Shown: positions 29,474-39,575, counted from the first letter of the stretch. The stretch: DNA of 64,000 nt from Clostridiales bacterium (GCA_015056015.1 SVHD01000005.1:13924-77923); one strand, 5' to 3'. Notes: generated by a model not told the origin, from the letters alone. Program-made: numbers and translations.

Positions 29474-30607
29474 ATGAATATGGGCAGCATGACTACACCC
29501 CGGCTTTTATGGCAGCCGGAAAACGAAAAATATCTTTCTGCCGGCAGAAGATGGCAGGGCATTCCCGGTATTGAACGCACCCGCAACGGCCGGCTCTACG
29601 CCGCCTGGTACAGCGGCATGACCGGCGAAATGACCGGAAATTTTGTCATTGTGGAAAAAAGCGATGATGACGGGCGCACCTGGACGGATGGTTTTTTGAT
29701 TATTGAGCATGAAGATGCCAACGTGCGCTGCTTTGATCCGGCGCTGTGGATGGATCCCCAGGGTAGATTATGGGTTTTCTGGGCTCAAAGCGAGCATGGC
29801 CAGTTTGACGGCCGCCATGGCGTATGGGCCGCCGTTTGCTCCCATCCGGACGCCGATTCGCCCGAGTTTTCCGTTCCCCGTTTTCTGGCCAACGGCGTGA
29901 TGCTCAATAAGCCTACGGTGCTTTCCAATGGCGATTGGCTGCTGCCCTGTTCCCTTTGGTATAACAGCACGGTTTCCGGCCCTGGTCATCCTGAGCTCGA
30001 AAAAGAATGGGGCGCCAATTTCTATCTTTCCAAAGATCAAGGAAGAACATTTTCCTACCTCAGCGGCTTTACCATGCCCGATCAGATCTTTGACGAGCAT
30101 TCGGTGATCGAACTCAAGGATGGCCGTCTGTGGGCGCTGATCCGCTTAAAGCATGGCATCGGCCAGGCATTTTCCAGGGACATGGGAAAAACATGGGAAA
30201 ATATCGGGCATTCCGGTCATCCGGGGCCAAATTCCCGCTTCAATATTACCAGGCTTAAAAATGGCGATCTGCTCTTCATCAATCATATGAATCCCACCTG
30301 CCTGGTATCCCCCAGCGATTGGGCACGGCGGGATAATCTGATGGCCATGATTTCCAAGGATGACGGAAAAACCTGGATCGGCGGGCTGATGCTGGATACC
30401 CGGGAGGGCATCAGCTATCCCGATGCAGTGGAGGCCCCCGATGGAAGAATTTATGTTATCTATGATTATTCCCGATATCGGGAACGGGAAATTCTGATGG
30501 CGGTCATCCGCCCCGAGGATATTCTGGAGGGCGGCATCATTTCCGGCGATACCTATCTTCGCCGGGTGATTAATAAGGCCACCGGCAAATTGCCCAACGA
30601 AGCATGA
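29474..30607 (+). CDS. BNR/Asp-box repeat protein of the sialidase (exo-alpha-sialidase-like) superfamily, no signal peptide
   Basis: It has four Asp-boxes: SDDDGRTW, SKDQGRTF, SRDMGKTW and SKDDGKTW. I chose the start at ATG 29474 (MNMGSMTTPRLLW...); the track start at 29324 adds a hydrophobic, non-coding-looking leader. Confidence 0.8.
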   Translation: MNMGSMTTPRLLWQPENEKYLSAGRRWQGIPGIERTRNGRLYAAWYSGMTGEMTGNFVIVEKSDDDGRTWTDGFLIIEHEDANVRCFDPALWMDPQGRLWVFWAQSEHGQFDGRHGVWAAVCSHPDADSPEFSVPRFLANGVMLNKPTVLSNGDWLLPCSLWYNSTVSGPGHPELEKEWGANFYLSKDQGRTFSYLSGFTMPDQIFDEHSVIELKDGRLWALIRLKHGIGQAFSRDMGKTWENIGHSGHPGPNSRFNITRLKNGDLLFINHMNPTCLVSPSDWARRDNLMAMISKDDGKTWIGGLMLDTREGISYPDAVEAPDGRIYVIYDYSRYREREILMAVIRPEDILEGGIISGDTYLRRVINKATGKLPNEA

Positions 30608-30630
30608 TTGATTAAAGGAGGTAAATCTTC

Positions 30631-31779
30631 ATGAAGATCCGCAGTTTTGAATTATTCCAGGTCCCTCCCCGGTGGCTGTTTCTGAAAATCACCACGGAAT
30701 CCGGCATTGTCGGCTGGGGCGAACCGGTGGTCGAGGGCAAGGCCGCCACGGTCGCCGCCTGCGTGAAAGAATTAAGCGGCGCCCTCATCGGCAAATCCGC
30801 CGGAGATATTGAGGATATTTTCCAGATGCTCTATCGCACCGGCTTTTACCGGGGCGGCCCGGTGCTCACCAGCGCCCTTTCCGGCATTGAGCAGGCCCTG
30901 TGGGATATCAAGGGCAAATTCCATGGCATGCCCGTGTATGAATTCCTGGGCGGCAAGGTGCGGGATAAAATCCAGGTGTATCGCTGGATCGGGGGCGATC
31001 ATCCCCGGGATGTGGTCAAGCATGCCCATGAGGCCTTGGCCCAGGGCTACAAGGCCGTGAAAATGAACGGCACGGATGAGCTCAAATGGATCGATTCCTA
31101 TGATAAGCTGGATGCCGCTGTGGAACGGGTGGCCGCCATCCGGGAGGCTGTGGGCATGGATCTGGGCATTGCGGTGGATTTCCATGGCCGGGTGCATAAG
31201 ACCATGGCCAAGCAATTGATGCATGAATTGGAGCCCTACCGGCTGATGTTTGTGGAAGAACCGGTGCTCTGCGAAAATGAAGAAGTATTCCTGGAGCTTT
31301 CCCGTACCAGCCATATTTCTATCGCCACCGGCGAACGGAATTTCACCCGCTGGGGCTTTAAAAATATGCTTGCCCGGGGCGGGGTGGATATTATTCAGCC
31401 CGACGTCAGCCATGCCGGCGGCATCCTGGAATGCCGGAAAATTGCCGCCATGGCGGAATGCTATGATGTTTCCGTGGCGCCCCATTGCCCCCTGGGCCCC
31501 ATTGCCCTGGCGGCCTGCCTGCAGGTGGATTTCTGCACGCCCAACGCCTTTATCCAGGAGCAAAGCGCCAATATCCATTACAATGAAGGCTATGATCTGC
31601 TGAATTACCTGAAGAACCCCGAAGTTTTCCATTATCAGAATGGGCACGCCGCCCTGCTCACCGGCCCTGGCCTGGGCGTGGAGGTGGATGAGGATTATGT
31701 GCGCAAGATGGCAAAGGAAGGCCACGACTGGCATAATCCCATCTGGCGGGACAGCGACGGCTGCATCGCGGAATGGTAA
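30631..31779 (+). CDS. dgoD: D-galactonate dehydratase (enolase superfamily)
   Basis: 382 aa. MKIRSFELFQVPPRWLFLKITTESGIVGWGEPVVEGKAATVAA... is the typical DgoD N-terminus. RBS AAAGGAGG. Confidence 0.85.
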   Translation: MKIRSFELFQVPPRWLFLKITTESGIVGWGEPVVEGKAATVAACVKELSGALIGKSAGDIEDIFQMLYRTGFYRGGPVLTSALSGIEQALWDIKGKFHGMPVYEFLGGKVRDKIQVYRWIGGDHPRDVVKHAHEALAQGYKAVKMNGTDELKWIDSYDKLDAAVERVAAIREAVGMDLGIAVDFHGRVHKTMAKQLMHELEPYRLMFVEEPVLCENEEVFLELSRTSHISIATGERNFTRWGFKNMLARGGVDIIQPDVSHAGGILECRKIAAMAECYDVSVAPHCPLGPIALAACLQVDFCTPNAFIQEQSANIHYNEGYDLLNYLKNPEVFHYQNGHAALLTGPGLGVEVDEDYVRKMAKEGHDWHNPIWRDSDGCIAEW

Positions 31780-31795
31780 AACAGTCGAATAAAAC

Positions 31796-31828
31796 AAAAG
31801 GACCGATGAAATCATCGGTCCTTTTTCT
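31796..31828. terminator. Bidirectional terminator between dgoD (+) and the phosphodiester glycosidase-like gene (-)
   Basis: aaaAGGACCGATG-aaat-CATCGGTCCTtttt. Confidence 0.8.
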
Positions 31829-31836
31829 TTGCTGTC

Positions 31837-33072
31837 TTATTTCACAAAATCGGAATTGCCAAAGCCCGTGATGCTGGTGGTAGCGCGGACGGTATTCGTG
31901 GATTTATTGAGCATCTTGCCCATAAACATCAGCGCCGCCGTGCCGCCGCCATCCAGATTGAAGCCTTCCACCACGCCTTTTTCCAGCATCTTATCCGCCA
32001 GCCAGGTCAGATACACGCCCTTGGAATCGCTGGTTCTTCCCTTGGCCACCAGCAGGAAATAATGATGGGGCTCAATCATGCCGATGGAGCAGCGGGGCTC
32101 CCGGAAGGTGTAATATTCATCCCGCAGCATATATTCGCTCAGCTGCCCGTTTTCCACCAGAATCGGCCCGAAGGCGTAGGTATTCACCACGCCCATATCG
32201 ATGTATTCCTGGGCGGTGTGGGCGTCGCTCTTGAAGGTTTTCATGCTGCCATCCTGGAATACGGCCAGCACCTCCAGATTGGGGAATTTTCCCTGGCCAT
32301 CCTTGAAGGTGTTATCATGAATGATTTTTCCGTTGCGCACAATTACGCCGGGGCGCACGCCGCCATTCCAGCGATCGCCGAAATGATCATCCGTGATGGC
32401 CAGAACCACCTGGTTTTCCCGGGCCAGGGTCATGGGATTGGCATAGGCTTTCCCGGGATATTTTCCATCCGGATTGGAAAGATACGCCGTCATGGGGGTT
32501 TCATCGGTGGTATGAATATCCCCTTCAAACCACACCAGCGTGTTTTCCACATCGGTGTAGCGCTTGAGATCAATGGAAACAGAAGAAGTGATATAGATCC
32601 ACCGGCCATCCGCCTCATTGATATAGACGAATTCTTCCATCTCCGCATCTTCCGCCAGGAAGCCTTCCTCCGTCAGCGGAGGCATGGAGGGCGTTGCCTC
32701 CGGCCCCTTGGGGGGAATGGGCGTGGGCGAAGGGGTGGGCACCGGGGAAGCCTTGGGGGCGGTATCGGTTTTCACCGCATTCCCGGAAAAGACCAGTTCC
32801 TGCAATTCCGGAGTGGCGATGCCGGTTTCTTCCATGCCATTGTTTTTCTGCAGCATCATCACCCGTTCCACGGTGGTGCCGTTATACTGATCGGATACAT
32901 TTTCCGTGGTGAAATACCCCAGCCAGTACATGGCCTTTTTCAGGGCCAATACATCCTTGCCTTCATCGCCCTTTTTCAGGGTGCGGTATTCGCTTTCCGC
33001 CAGGGCGGATACGCCCAGAATCGCCACAAACAGCAAGGAAAGCAATACCAGCCAAATCTTTTTATTTCGCAT
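31837..33072 (-). CDS. Secreted phosphodiester glycosidase family (NAGPA/DUF2233-like) protein with an N-terminal peptidoglycan-binding domain
   Basis: 411 aa. The signal peptide is MRNKKIWLVLLSLLFVAILGVSALA. It has a PG_binding_1-like LKKGDEGKDVLALKKAMYWLGYF and a C-terminal NLDGGGTAALMF motif typical of NAGPA-like proteins. Its start overlaps the potD stop by 11 nt. Confidence 0.7.
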   Translation of the reverse strand: MRNKKIWLVLLSLLFVAILGVSALAESEYRTLKKGDEGKDVLALKKAMYWLGYFTTENVSDQYNGTTVERVMMLQKNNGMEETGIATPELQELVFSGNAVKTDTAPKASPVPTPSPTPIPPKGPEATPSMPPLTEEGFLAEDAEMEEFVYINEADGRWIYITSSVSIDLKRYTDVENTLVWFEGDIHTTDETPMTAYLSNPDGKYPGKAYANPMTLARENQVVLAITDDHFGDRWNGGVRPGVIVRNGKIIHDNTFKDGQGKFPNLEVLAVFQDGSMKTFKSDAHTAQEYIDMGVVNTYAFGPILVENGQLSEYMLRDEYYTFREPRCSIGMIEPHHYFLLVAKGRTSDSKGVYLTWLADKMLEKGVVEGFNLDGGGTAALMFMGKMLNKSTNTVRATTSITGFGNSDFVK

Positions 33073-34102
33073 TTTTCACCTGGCTCCACAAAGCGTTATA
33101 GACGGTGAGGAAATTATCGGGAATATCGTGGAACCATTCGCAGCGTTCCACCACATCGGCGTCGGGATTGATGGTCTTGTTTTCGGTGTATTCTTCGCCC
33201 ATCAGCTCAATCGCGCCGGAATTGGGAGAGGAATACCAGATGTATTCGCAATTCATCCGGGCAATTTCGGGACGACAGAGGAAGTCAATCAGCTTTTCCG
33301 CATTTTCCTTATTCTTGGCCGTGGCGGGAATCACCATGGGATCCACCCAGATATTGCTGCCTTCCTTGGGCACGGCATAGGCCAGATTTTCATTGCCTTC
33401 CATGGCATAGAGGGCGTCGCCGCTCCACATCACCGCCAGGGCCGCTTCATTATTGATCATCTTATCCTTGATTTCATCCACGCCATAGGCCTTCACCAGG
33501 GGCTTTTGGGCGATCAGAAGATCGGTGGCTTCCTTAAGCTGCATGGGATCGCGGGTGTTCATGGAATACCCCAGATACTTGAGGGTGATGCCCATGGTAT
33601 CCCGCAGGGAATCCATCATGAAAATATTGCCGGCATATTTTTCATCCCACAGGATCCCCCAGGAATCCACGGGCTCATCCACCATGGTGGTGTTATACAG
33701 AATGCCTACCGTGCCCCACATGAAGGGAACGGAATATTTATTCTCCGGATCATAGTCGGGATTGAGCAGCCATTCGGAGGTATACTTGGCATTGGGCACA
33801 TTTTCCATATTGATTTCGGCGATCAAGCCCTCGCTGATCATCCGCTCCACGCAGTAATCAGAGGGGAAAACCAGATCATAAGCGCCGGGGCTCACCCGCA
33901 CCTGCACCATCATATCTTCATTGGTGGTAAAATACATGGTATTTACCTTAATGCCGGTTTCGGCCGTAAACATTTCGAAAACGCTTTCATCCATGTAGTC
34001 ATACCAATTGTAAACATTGACCACTTCTTCGGCAGAAGCGCAGGGAACCATGAAAACCGAGCAGCACAGAACGAGCGCCAGAACCAGGGAAAGTTTTTTC
34101 AT
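33062..34102 (-). CDS. potD: Spermidine/putrescine ABC transporter substrate-binding protein
   Basis: 346 aa with a signal peptide followed by VVNVYNWYDYM..., the typical PotD N-terminus. Confidence 0.9.
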   Translation of the reverse strand: MKKLSLVLALVLCCSVFMVPCASAEEVVNVYNWYDYMDESVFEMFTAETGIKVNTMYFTTNEDMMVQVRVSPGAYDLVFPSDYCVERMISEGLIAEINMENVPNAKYTSEWLLNPDYDPENKYSVPFMWGTVGILYNTTMVDEPVDSWGILWDEKYAGNIFMMDSLRDTMGITLKYLGYSMNTRDPMQLKEATDLLIAQKPLVKAYGVDEIKDKMINNEAALAVMWSGDALYAMEGNENLAYAVPKEGSNIWVDPMVIPATAKNKENAEKLIDFLCRPEIARMNCEYIWYSSPNSGAIELMGEEYTENKTINPDADVVERCEWFHDIPDNFLTVYNALWSQVKNAK

Positions 34103-34123
34103 TCGATTTTACCTCCAATATTT

Positions 34124-34900
34124 TTAATTTTTCACGCCTTCGCTGCTGCTGCGCTTATTGACCACCAGCAGCAAAGCGAGAAGGGAAACAAACATCAGGG
34201 CGGAAAGGGCATTCATGGTAGGCTTGATGCCTTTTCTCGCCTGGGAATAAATCAGGGTGGAAAGATTCTGCACCAGGGGCGAAGTGGTAAAATAGCTGAT
34301 GGTGAAATCATCCAAAGACAGGGTAAAGGCCAGCATGGCGCCGGTAATCACCCCGGGCATGATTTCAGGCAGAATCACATGGAACAGAGCATACATGGGG
34401 GTGGCCCCCAGATCCAGCGCCGCCTCATAGCTGTGCTTGTTCATCTGTTTCAGCTTGGGCAGCACCGATAATATCACATAGGGAGTATCAAAGGTGATAT
34501 GGGCCAGCAGCATGGTCACATAGCCCCGCTCCACCTTGGTAAAGATGAAGAGCAGCATCAGGGAAATACCCGTTACAATATCCGGCATGGTCATGGGAAT
34601 ATTGGTCAGCGTCATCATCAGGCTCTGGGGGCGCTTTTGCATGGAATGAATGCCAATGGCGGCCAGGGTGCCCAGGATGGTGGCAAAGATGGCGGCCAAT
34701 ACCGCGATGCTCACCGTCACATATAATGCCTGCATAATGGCGGCGTCATTGAATAATTCCTGATACCAGCGGAAGGAAAAGCCCTCCCATTTGGCGCGGC
34801 TCTTGCCCGCATTGAAGGATTGCACGATCAATACCACAATGGGCACATACAGGAAAAAGAGGATCAGAGAAAGATAAAACCGCTTGATGAATTTCATCAT
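34124..34900 (-). CDS. potC: Spermidine/putrescine ABC transporter permease
   Basis: 258 aa with six TM segments and an EAA-loop region (..EAALDLGATPMYALFHVILP..). Confidence 0.9.
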   Translation of the reverse strand: MMKFIKRFYLSLILFFLYVPIVVLIVQSFNAGKSRAKWEGFSFRWYQELFNDAAIMQALYVTVSIAVLAAIFATILGTLAAIGIHSMQKRPQSLMMTLTNIPMTMPDIVTGISLMLLFIFTKVERGYVTMLLAHITFDTPYVILSVLPKLKQMNKHSYEAALDLGATPMYALFHVILPEIMPGVITGAMLAFTLSLDDFTISYFTTSPLVQNLSTLIYSQARKGIKPTMNALSALMFVSLLALLLVVNKRSSSEGVKN

Positions 34901-35886
34901 ACCATGCCGCCTCCTTCCCCTTCGGGGTCCACCTTGCGAAGCAAGCCAAGGCTGAGCAGAATCAGCACCATCATAATCATGGAAAGGGCGCTGCCCACAT
35001 TCCAGTTATTGGCGGTGAGGAAGGTGCGCTCGATCAAATCGCCAAACATTTCCGTGTTGCCGCCGCCCAGCATCCGGGGGATGAAGAAGGTGGTTACCGC
35101 GGGCATGAATACCATGGTAATCCCCGATACCACGCCGGGAAGGGACAGGGGCAACGTGACCTTATAGAAGGTTTTCCATTTGTTGCAGCCCAGATCCATG
35201 GCCGCCTCGGAAAGCTTGTAATCCATCTTGTTGAGCACATTATAGATGGGGAATACCATGAAGGGCAGATAGTTATAAACCATGCCCAGCAGCACCGCTT
35301 CCGTATTATACATCAGCTGCCTGCGGCCGATGCCCAGCCATTCCAGCAGATTATTGATCAGGCCGTTATCCTCCAGCAAACTCATCCAGGCGATGGTTCG
35401 AAGCAGGAAATTCATCCACATAGGAATGACAAAGAGAATCACCAGGGTAGCGCCCAGCTTGAATTCCCGATCCGCCATGATATGGGCGGTGGGATAGCCA
35501 AGCAGCAGGCAAATCACCGTGCAAAGGAATGCCATCCACAAAGAATACACCAGCGTATCCACATTCACGGTGCCCCGGGAAAATCCCATATCCTCGGGAT
35601 TGAAGCCCATGGCAATGAGCTCCTTATTCATATCATAATTGCTGTCCCAAAAATTCTTGAAATTATCCAGGGTGAATTTCCCATTGGCGTCCGTAAAGGC
35701 ATAATAGCCGATCAGGATGCAGGGCAGCACGGTAAAAGCAATCATCCAAAGGGTGTAAGGGGAGGCAAAGATGGGACGCTTGAGGCCATGATTCTGCTTA
35801 AAATAGAGAATCAGCAGCCCGATGAATACCCCCAGCCCCCCCAGCATGGCCCATACGCCCCATGCCGGGATCTGCAGATTATTCAT
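34897..35886 (-). CDS. potB: Spermidine/putrescine ABC transporter permease (extended N-terminus)
   Basis: 329 aa with the EAA loop [21 protein letters not shown]. It overlaps potA by 8 nt and potC by 4 nt. Confidence 0.9.
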   Translation of the reverse strand: MNNLQIPAWGVWAMLGGLGVFIGLLILYFKQNHGLKRPIFASPYTLWMIAFTVLPCILIGYYAFTDANGKFTLDNFKNFWDSNYDMNKELIAMGFNPEDMGFSRGTVNVDTLVYSLWMAFLCTVICLLLGYPTAHIMADREFKLGATLVILFVIPMWMNFLLRTIAWMSLLEDNGLINNLLEWLGIGRRQLMYNTEAVLLGMVYNYLPFMVFPIYNVLNKMDYKLSEAAMDLGCNKWKTFYKVTLPLSLPGVVSGITMVFMPAVTTFFIPRMLGGGNTEMFGDLIERTFLTANNWNVGSALSMIMMVLILLSLGLLRKVDPEGEGGGMV

Positions 35887-36946
35887 TCCCTTTTTCCTCC
35901 TGCATGGGATGCATGATATGGATATTGAAGGGAACCACGGAAATGCCCACCCGGCTGCCTTCGGGCTGCATGGTGGTGGAATGGACCTTCCAGGTGGAAT
36001 GACCGGCGTCGATCATCATTTCATAATGCACGCCCTTGAAGAGCACGGATTTGACCACGCCCGTTACCTGCCCCACGTCTTCCCCAACCAGCAGAATATC
36101 TTCAGGCCGGATCACCACGTCCACCGGCTTATCTTCGCCAAAGCCGGCGTCCACGCAGGGGAAATCGGTGCCGCAGAAATGCACCAGCTCATCCCGCACC
36201 ATGGTGCCGGGGAAAATATTGCTTTCGCCGATGAAATTGGCCACGAAGGCATTCTTGGGTTCATCGTAAATGGATTTGGGGGTGCCGATCTGCAGAATAT
36301 GCCCGCCCCGCATGACCACGATGGTATCGCTCATGGTGAGGGCCTCTTCCTGATCGTGGGTCACATAGAGGAAGGTAATGCCCAGGCGCTGCTGCATGGA
36401 TTTGATTTCCAGCTGCATTTCCTTGCGCAGCTTCAGATCCAGCGCGCCCAGGGGCTCATCAAGCAGCAATACTTCCGGTTCATTCACAAGTGCGCGGGCG
36501 ATGGCAATGCGCTGCTGCTGACCGCCGGAGAGGGAATCCACGCTGCGCTTGCCGTAGCCGGAAAGATTCACCAGATCCAGCATCCGATCCACCTTTTTCG
36601 CAATTTCATCCTTGGGCGCCTTTTTCAGCTTCAGCCCAAAGGCGATATTATCCTGCACATTCAGATGAGGGAAAAGCGCATACTTCTGGAATACGGTATT
36701 CACCTTACGCTTATAAGGCGGCAGATTGGAAATATCCTTGCCATCAAACATTACCCGGCCGGAATCCGCCCGTTCAAAACCGCCGATAATACGAAGGGTG
36801 GTGGTCTTTCCGCAGCCGGAGGGGCCAAGCAGGGTCACAAATTCTTTTTTGCGGATATATAAATTGATGTCGGAAAGAACGGTCACTCCGTCATATGCCT
36901 TGCTGATATGTTCCAGATTAATCAGGCGCTGCTCTTCCATGGCCAT
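35879..36946 (-). CDS. potA: Spermidine/putrescine ABC transporter ATP-binding protein
   Basis: 355 aa with Walker [10 protein letters not shown], signature LSGGQQQR and Walker B LLLDEP. Confidence 0.95.
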   Translation of the reverse strand: MAMEEQRLINLEHISKAYDGVTVLSDINLYIRKKEFVTLLGPSGCGKTTTLRIIGGFERADSGRVMFDGKDISNLPPYKRKVNTVFQKYALFPHLNVQDNIAFGLKLKKAPKDEIAKKVDRMLDLVNLSGYGKRSVDSLSGGQQQRIAIARALVNEPEVLLLDEPLGALDLKLRKEMQLEIKSMQQRLGITFLYVTHDQEEALTMSDTIVVMRGGHILQIGTPKSIYDEPKNAFVANFIGESNIFPGTMVRDELVHFCGTDFPCVDAGFGEDKPVDVVIRPEDILLVGEDVGQVTGVVKSVLFKGVHYEMMIDAGHSTWKVHSTTMQPEGSRVGISVVPFNIHIMHPMQEEKGNE

Positions 36947-36959
36947 GGCCTCCTAAAAA

Positions 36960-37502
36960 TTAAAAATTAGGCGGGTTGGATACCCACAGGAATTTGGCGG
37001 GGCGTTTTCCCCCGTTATGAATGGAATGGGGGGCATTGGGATGCAGGCAAAAGCTCTCCCCCGTGCGTACTTTGTGGTGCTTGCCGCCGATATTCAAGGT
37101 GATGGTGCCGGAAAGCACATACCCGAATTCTTCTCCTTCGTGGGGAGGCATTTCCTGGGTCTGCCCATCTTCGCCAAGCTCCACCAAAATGGGCTCCATG
37201 GCATTTTTCTGGGCGCTGGGCACCAGCCAGGTGATGCTGCCCCGCAGGGTTTCCTCATCCTCTTTGACAAACATATCGCCCTGGGCAAAAACCGTTTTTT
37301 CATCGCCCTTTTCAGAGAAAAACTCATTCAGATTGCTGCCCAGGGATTCCAGCATATCCGTCAGCGTGGCAATGGAGGGGGACGCCAGATCCCTTTCCAC
37401 CTGGGAAATGAAGCCCTTGCTTAATTCACACCGGTCTGCCATTTCCTCCTGGGTCAGATTCCTTTGCAGCCGGAGCCTTCGCAGCTTTTCACCGATATTC
37501 AC
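36960..37502 (-). CDS. XRE-family HTH plus cupin transcriptional regulator (PuuR-like), first gene of the pot operon
   Basis: 180 aa. The HTH is IGEKLRRLRLQRNLTQEEMADRCELSKGFISQVERD, with a C-terminal cupin (GEEFGYVLSG...H). It ends 13 nt upstream of potA. Confidence 0.88.
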   Translation of the reverse strand: MNIGEKLRRLRLQRNLTQEEMADRCELSKGFISQVERDLASPSIATLTDMLESLGSNLNEFFSEKGDEKTVFAQGDMFVKEDEETLRGSITWLVPSAQKNAMEPILVELGEDGQTQEMPPHEGEEFGYVLSGTITLNIGGKHHKVRTGESFCLHPNAPHSIHNGGKRPAKFLWVSNPPNF

Positions 37503-37530
37503 CTTGATCCGCTCCTTCCCGCCGTTGTAA

Positions 37531-37582
37531 GTTTACTTTTACTAAACCGGAAATGCATCTCCAGAGTTTAGTTTTTCTAAAC
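37531..37582. promoter_or_regulatory. Two copies of a GTTTA-N7-TAAAC palindrome (candidate operator pair) upstream of the XRE-cupin/pot operon
   Basis: gtttacttttactaaac lies at 37531..37547 and gtttagtttttctaaac at 37566..37582. Centres are 35 bp apart, 29-80 nt upstream of the regulator ATG. Confidence 0.55.
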
Positions 37583-37660
37583 ATCAAAGCCAGAAACATT
37601 AAACCACACTACGCCTTGCTTGTCAATATATTTCCATAAATATTCTGCCGAAAAACCGGG

Positions 37661-37700
37661 AAAAATCAAAAAGCGGCAGGCATTTTGATCTGCCCGCCGC
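37661..37700 (-). terminator. Intrinsic terminator after the M20 amidohydrolase gene
   Basis: The minus strand has GCGGCGGGCA-gatcaaaa-TGCCTGCCGC followed by tttttgattttt. Confidence 0.7.
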
Positions 37701-37747
37701 AAGGATATTCAATCTGGTTGATTTCGTGCCTCAAAAAAGGCCCTTTT

Positions 37748-38905
37748 TCAAGGCTGCAGCCGCCCGGCCATCGCGCAGAAAAAGCCCACGCCCCTGGCCA
37801 GGGCCGCTTCATCCATGCAGAAGCCTGCCGTATGAATTCCGTTCTCCCGGCCCGTTCCCAGGCCCAGCTTTACGCCGGGCACTTCCTTGGCATAGAAGCC
37901 AAAATCCTCCGCGCCCATACTGGCCGTCTTCTGCACATGACTGCTGCCTTCGCCCCAGATGCTTTCAATCACATTCAGGGCATAGCGGGTATTTTCCTCC
38001 TGATTGAAGGTAGCGCAATAGCCATGCAGATATTCTACCCGGGCGCTGCCCCGCATGCTTCCGGCAATGCCGGAGGCAACCTCTTCAATCCGCTTTTGCA
38101 GATAATCCCGGTTTTCATGGCTCAGGGTACGCAGCGTGCCATACAGAATCACCTGATCACAGATCACATTCCGGGCCGTGCCGCCCTCAATTTTGCCGAT
38201 GGTGATAACGGCAGGCTCCATGGGATCAATTTCGCGGGAAACCAGATCCTGCAGTGCCAGAATCACATGGGAAGCCACCACAATGGCGTCTACCCCCTGA
38301 TGCGGACGTGCGCCATGGCTGCCCGCGCCGTTGACGTAAATCTCAAATGCATCGCTGGCGGCATTGATATAGCCCGTCTTGGTAACCAGCTGGCCGGCAG
38401 GGGAACCGGACCCCACATGCAGGCAATATATCGCCTCCACATTTTCCAACGTTCCGGCAGCGATCATATTCTGGGCGCCGCCCCCATCTTCTTCCGCAGG
38501 CTGGAAAATCAGCCGCACCGGGCCGGGGAGCAAATGCCGGTTTTCCCATAGGATTTTACCCGCCCCCAGCAGCATGGCGGTATGGGCGTCATGGCCGCAG
38601 GCATGCATTTTTCCGGGATTGAGGGAAGCAAAGCTTTCTCCCGTTTCTTCCTGAATGGGCAGGGCGTCAATATCCGCCCGCAGGGCGATCACACTGCCCT
38701 CTTTTTCAGCAGCAATATCCGCAATGGTGCCCGTTTCCACACATCTGAAGGGAATCCCCCATTCCGTCAGATATTTCCGGATAATTTTTGCCGTTTCAAA
38801 TTCATGAAAGGCCAATTCCGGGTGCATATGCAATTCATGGCGGATTTCCCGGACACAGGCATCAATTTCCTTTTCCCATTGACGAATCAAATCGGCAGTA
38901 ATCAT
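37748..38905 (-). CDS. M20/M25/M40 family amidohydrolase (N-acyl-L-amino-acid amidohydrolase/hippuricase-like)
   Basis: 385 aa with ...RHELHMHPELAFHEFETAK...MHACGHDAHTAMLLGA..., the classic M20D pattern. Confidence 0.88.
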   Translation of the reverse strand: MITADLIRQWEKEIDACVREIRHELHMHPELAFHEFETAKIIRKYLTEWGIPFRCVETGTIADIAAEKEGSVIALRADIDALPIQEETGESFASLNPGKMHACGHDAHTAMLLGAGKILWENRHLLPGPVRLIFQPAEEDGGGAQNMIAAGTLENVEAIYCLHVGSGSPAGQLVTKTGYINAASDAFEIYVNGAGSHGARPHQGVDAIVVASHVILALQDLVSREIDPMEPAVITIGKIEGGTARNVICDQVILYGTLRTLSHENRDYLQKRIEEVASGIAGSMRGSARVEYLHGYCATFNQEENTRYALNVIESIWGEGSSHVQKTASMGAEDFGFYAKEVPGVKLGLGTGRENGIHTAGFCMDEAALARGVGFFCAMAGRLQP

Positions 38906-39055
38906 GCTTTTTCTCCTTCAAAGCTCTCCGCGCGATCCTTCCGAAAGAGAGTAATACCGATCGCGCCATTTTTTCTATCCATCATTATACGCGATTCCCC
39001 CTTGGGATGCAATCCTCCCTCTTGCAGAGAAACAAAAAATATGCTAAACTATAAT

Positions 39056-39073
39056 AGGTCAAAGAAAGACAAT
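39056..39073 (+). promoter_or_regulatory. CtsR operator (heptad direct repeat) overlapping a TATAAT -10 element
   Basis: The sequence is TATAAT-AGGTCAAAgaaAGaCAAt. The consensus is A/GGTCAAA-NAN-A/GGTCAAA; the first heptad is perfect and the second has 2 mismatches. It lies 20 nt upstream of the ctsR ATG. Confidence 0.6.
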
Positions 39074-39092
39074 TTCCCAGGAGGGATTTTTT

Positions 39093-39575
39093 ATGCGATT
39101 GAGCGATACCATCGAAAGCTTTATCAAGCAAATGCTGCAGGAAGAGCAATACGAGGTGGAATTAAAGCGCAATGAGCTGGCGGAATATTTCCATTGCGCC
39201 CCTTCCCAGATCAATTATGTTCTGGCCACCCGCTTCACGCCCGATCATGGCTATGTCACCTCCAGTCAGCGGGGGGGCGGCGGATATATCCGCATCGTGC
39301 GGGTACGCCAATCCTCCACCGATCACCTTTCTTATCTTCTTCGTGAGCGCATCGGCGATAGTCTGGACGCCCAGACCGCCCAGATCCTTTGCGCTCAGCT
39401 GGCAGAAAGGAAAGTGGTTTCTCTGGAACAGGCCCAGCTCATGGCTGCTGCCGTTTCGTCCCAGGCCCTTTCCGCCCCAGCGCCGGAAGCCGTCAAGGAC
39501 GCCATGCGGGCAAAGATCATGAAATATATGCTGCTCACCATTGCCCAGCAGCAGGCCCAAACGGAAAACGGCTGA
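39093..39575 (+). CDS. ctsR: Class III stress-gene transcriptional repressor CtsR
   Basis: 160 aa with MRLSDTIESFIKQML...ELKRNELAEYFHCAPSQINYVLATRFTPDHGY.V.S.RGGGGYIRI. Confidence 0.95.
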   Translation: MRLSDTIESFIKQMLQEEQYEVELKRNELAEYFHCAPSQINYVLATRFTPDHGYVTSSQRGGGGYIRIVRVRQSSTDHLSYLLRERIGDSLDAQTAQILCAQLAERKVVSLEQAQLMAAAVSSQALSAPAPEAVKDAMRAKIMKYMLLTIAQQQAQTENG

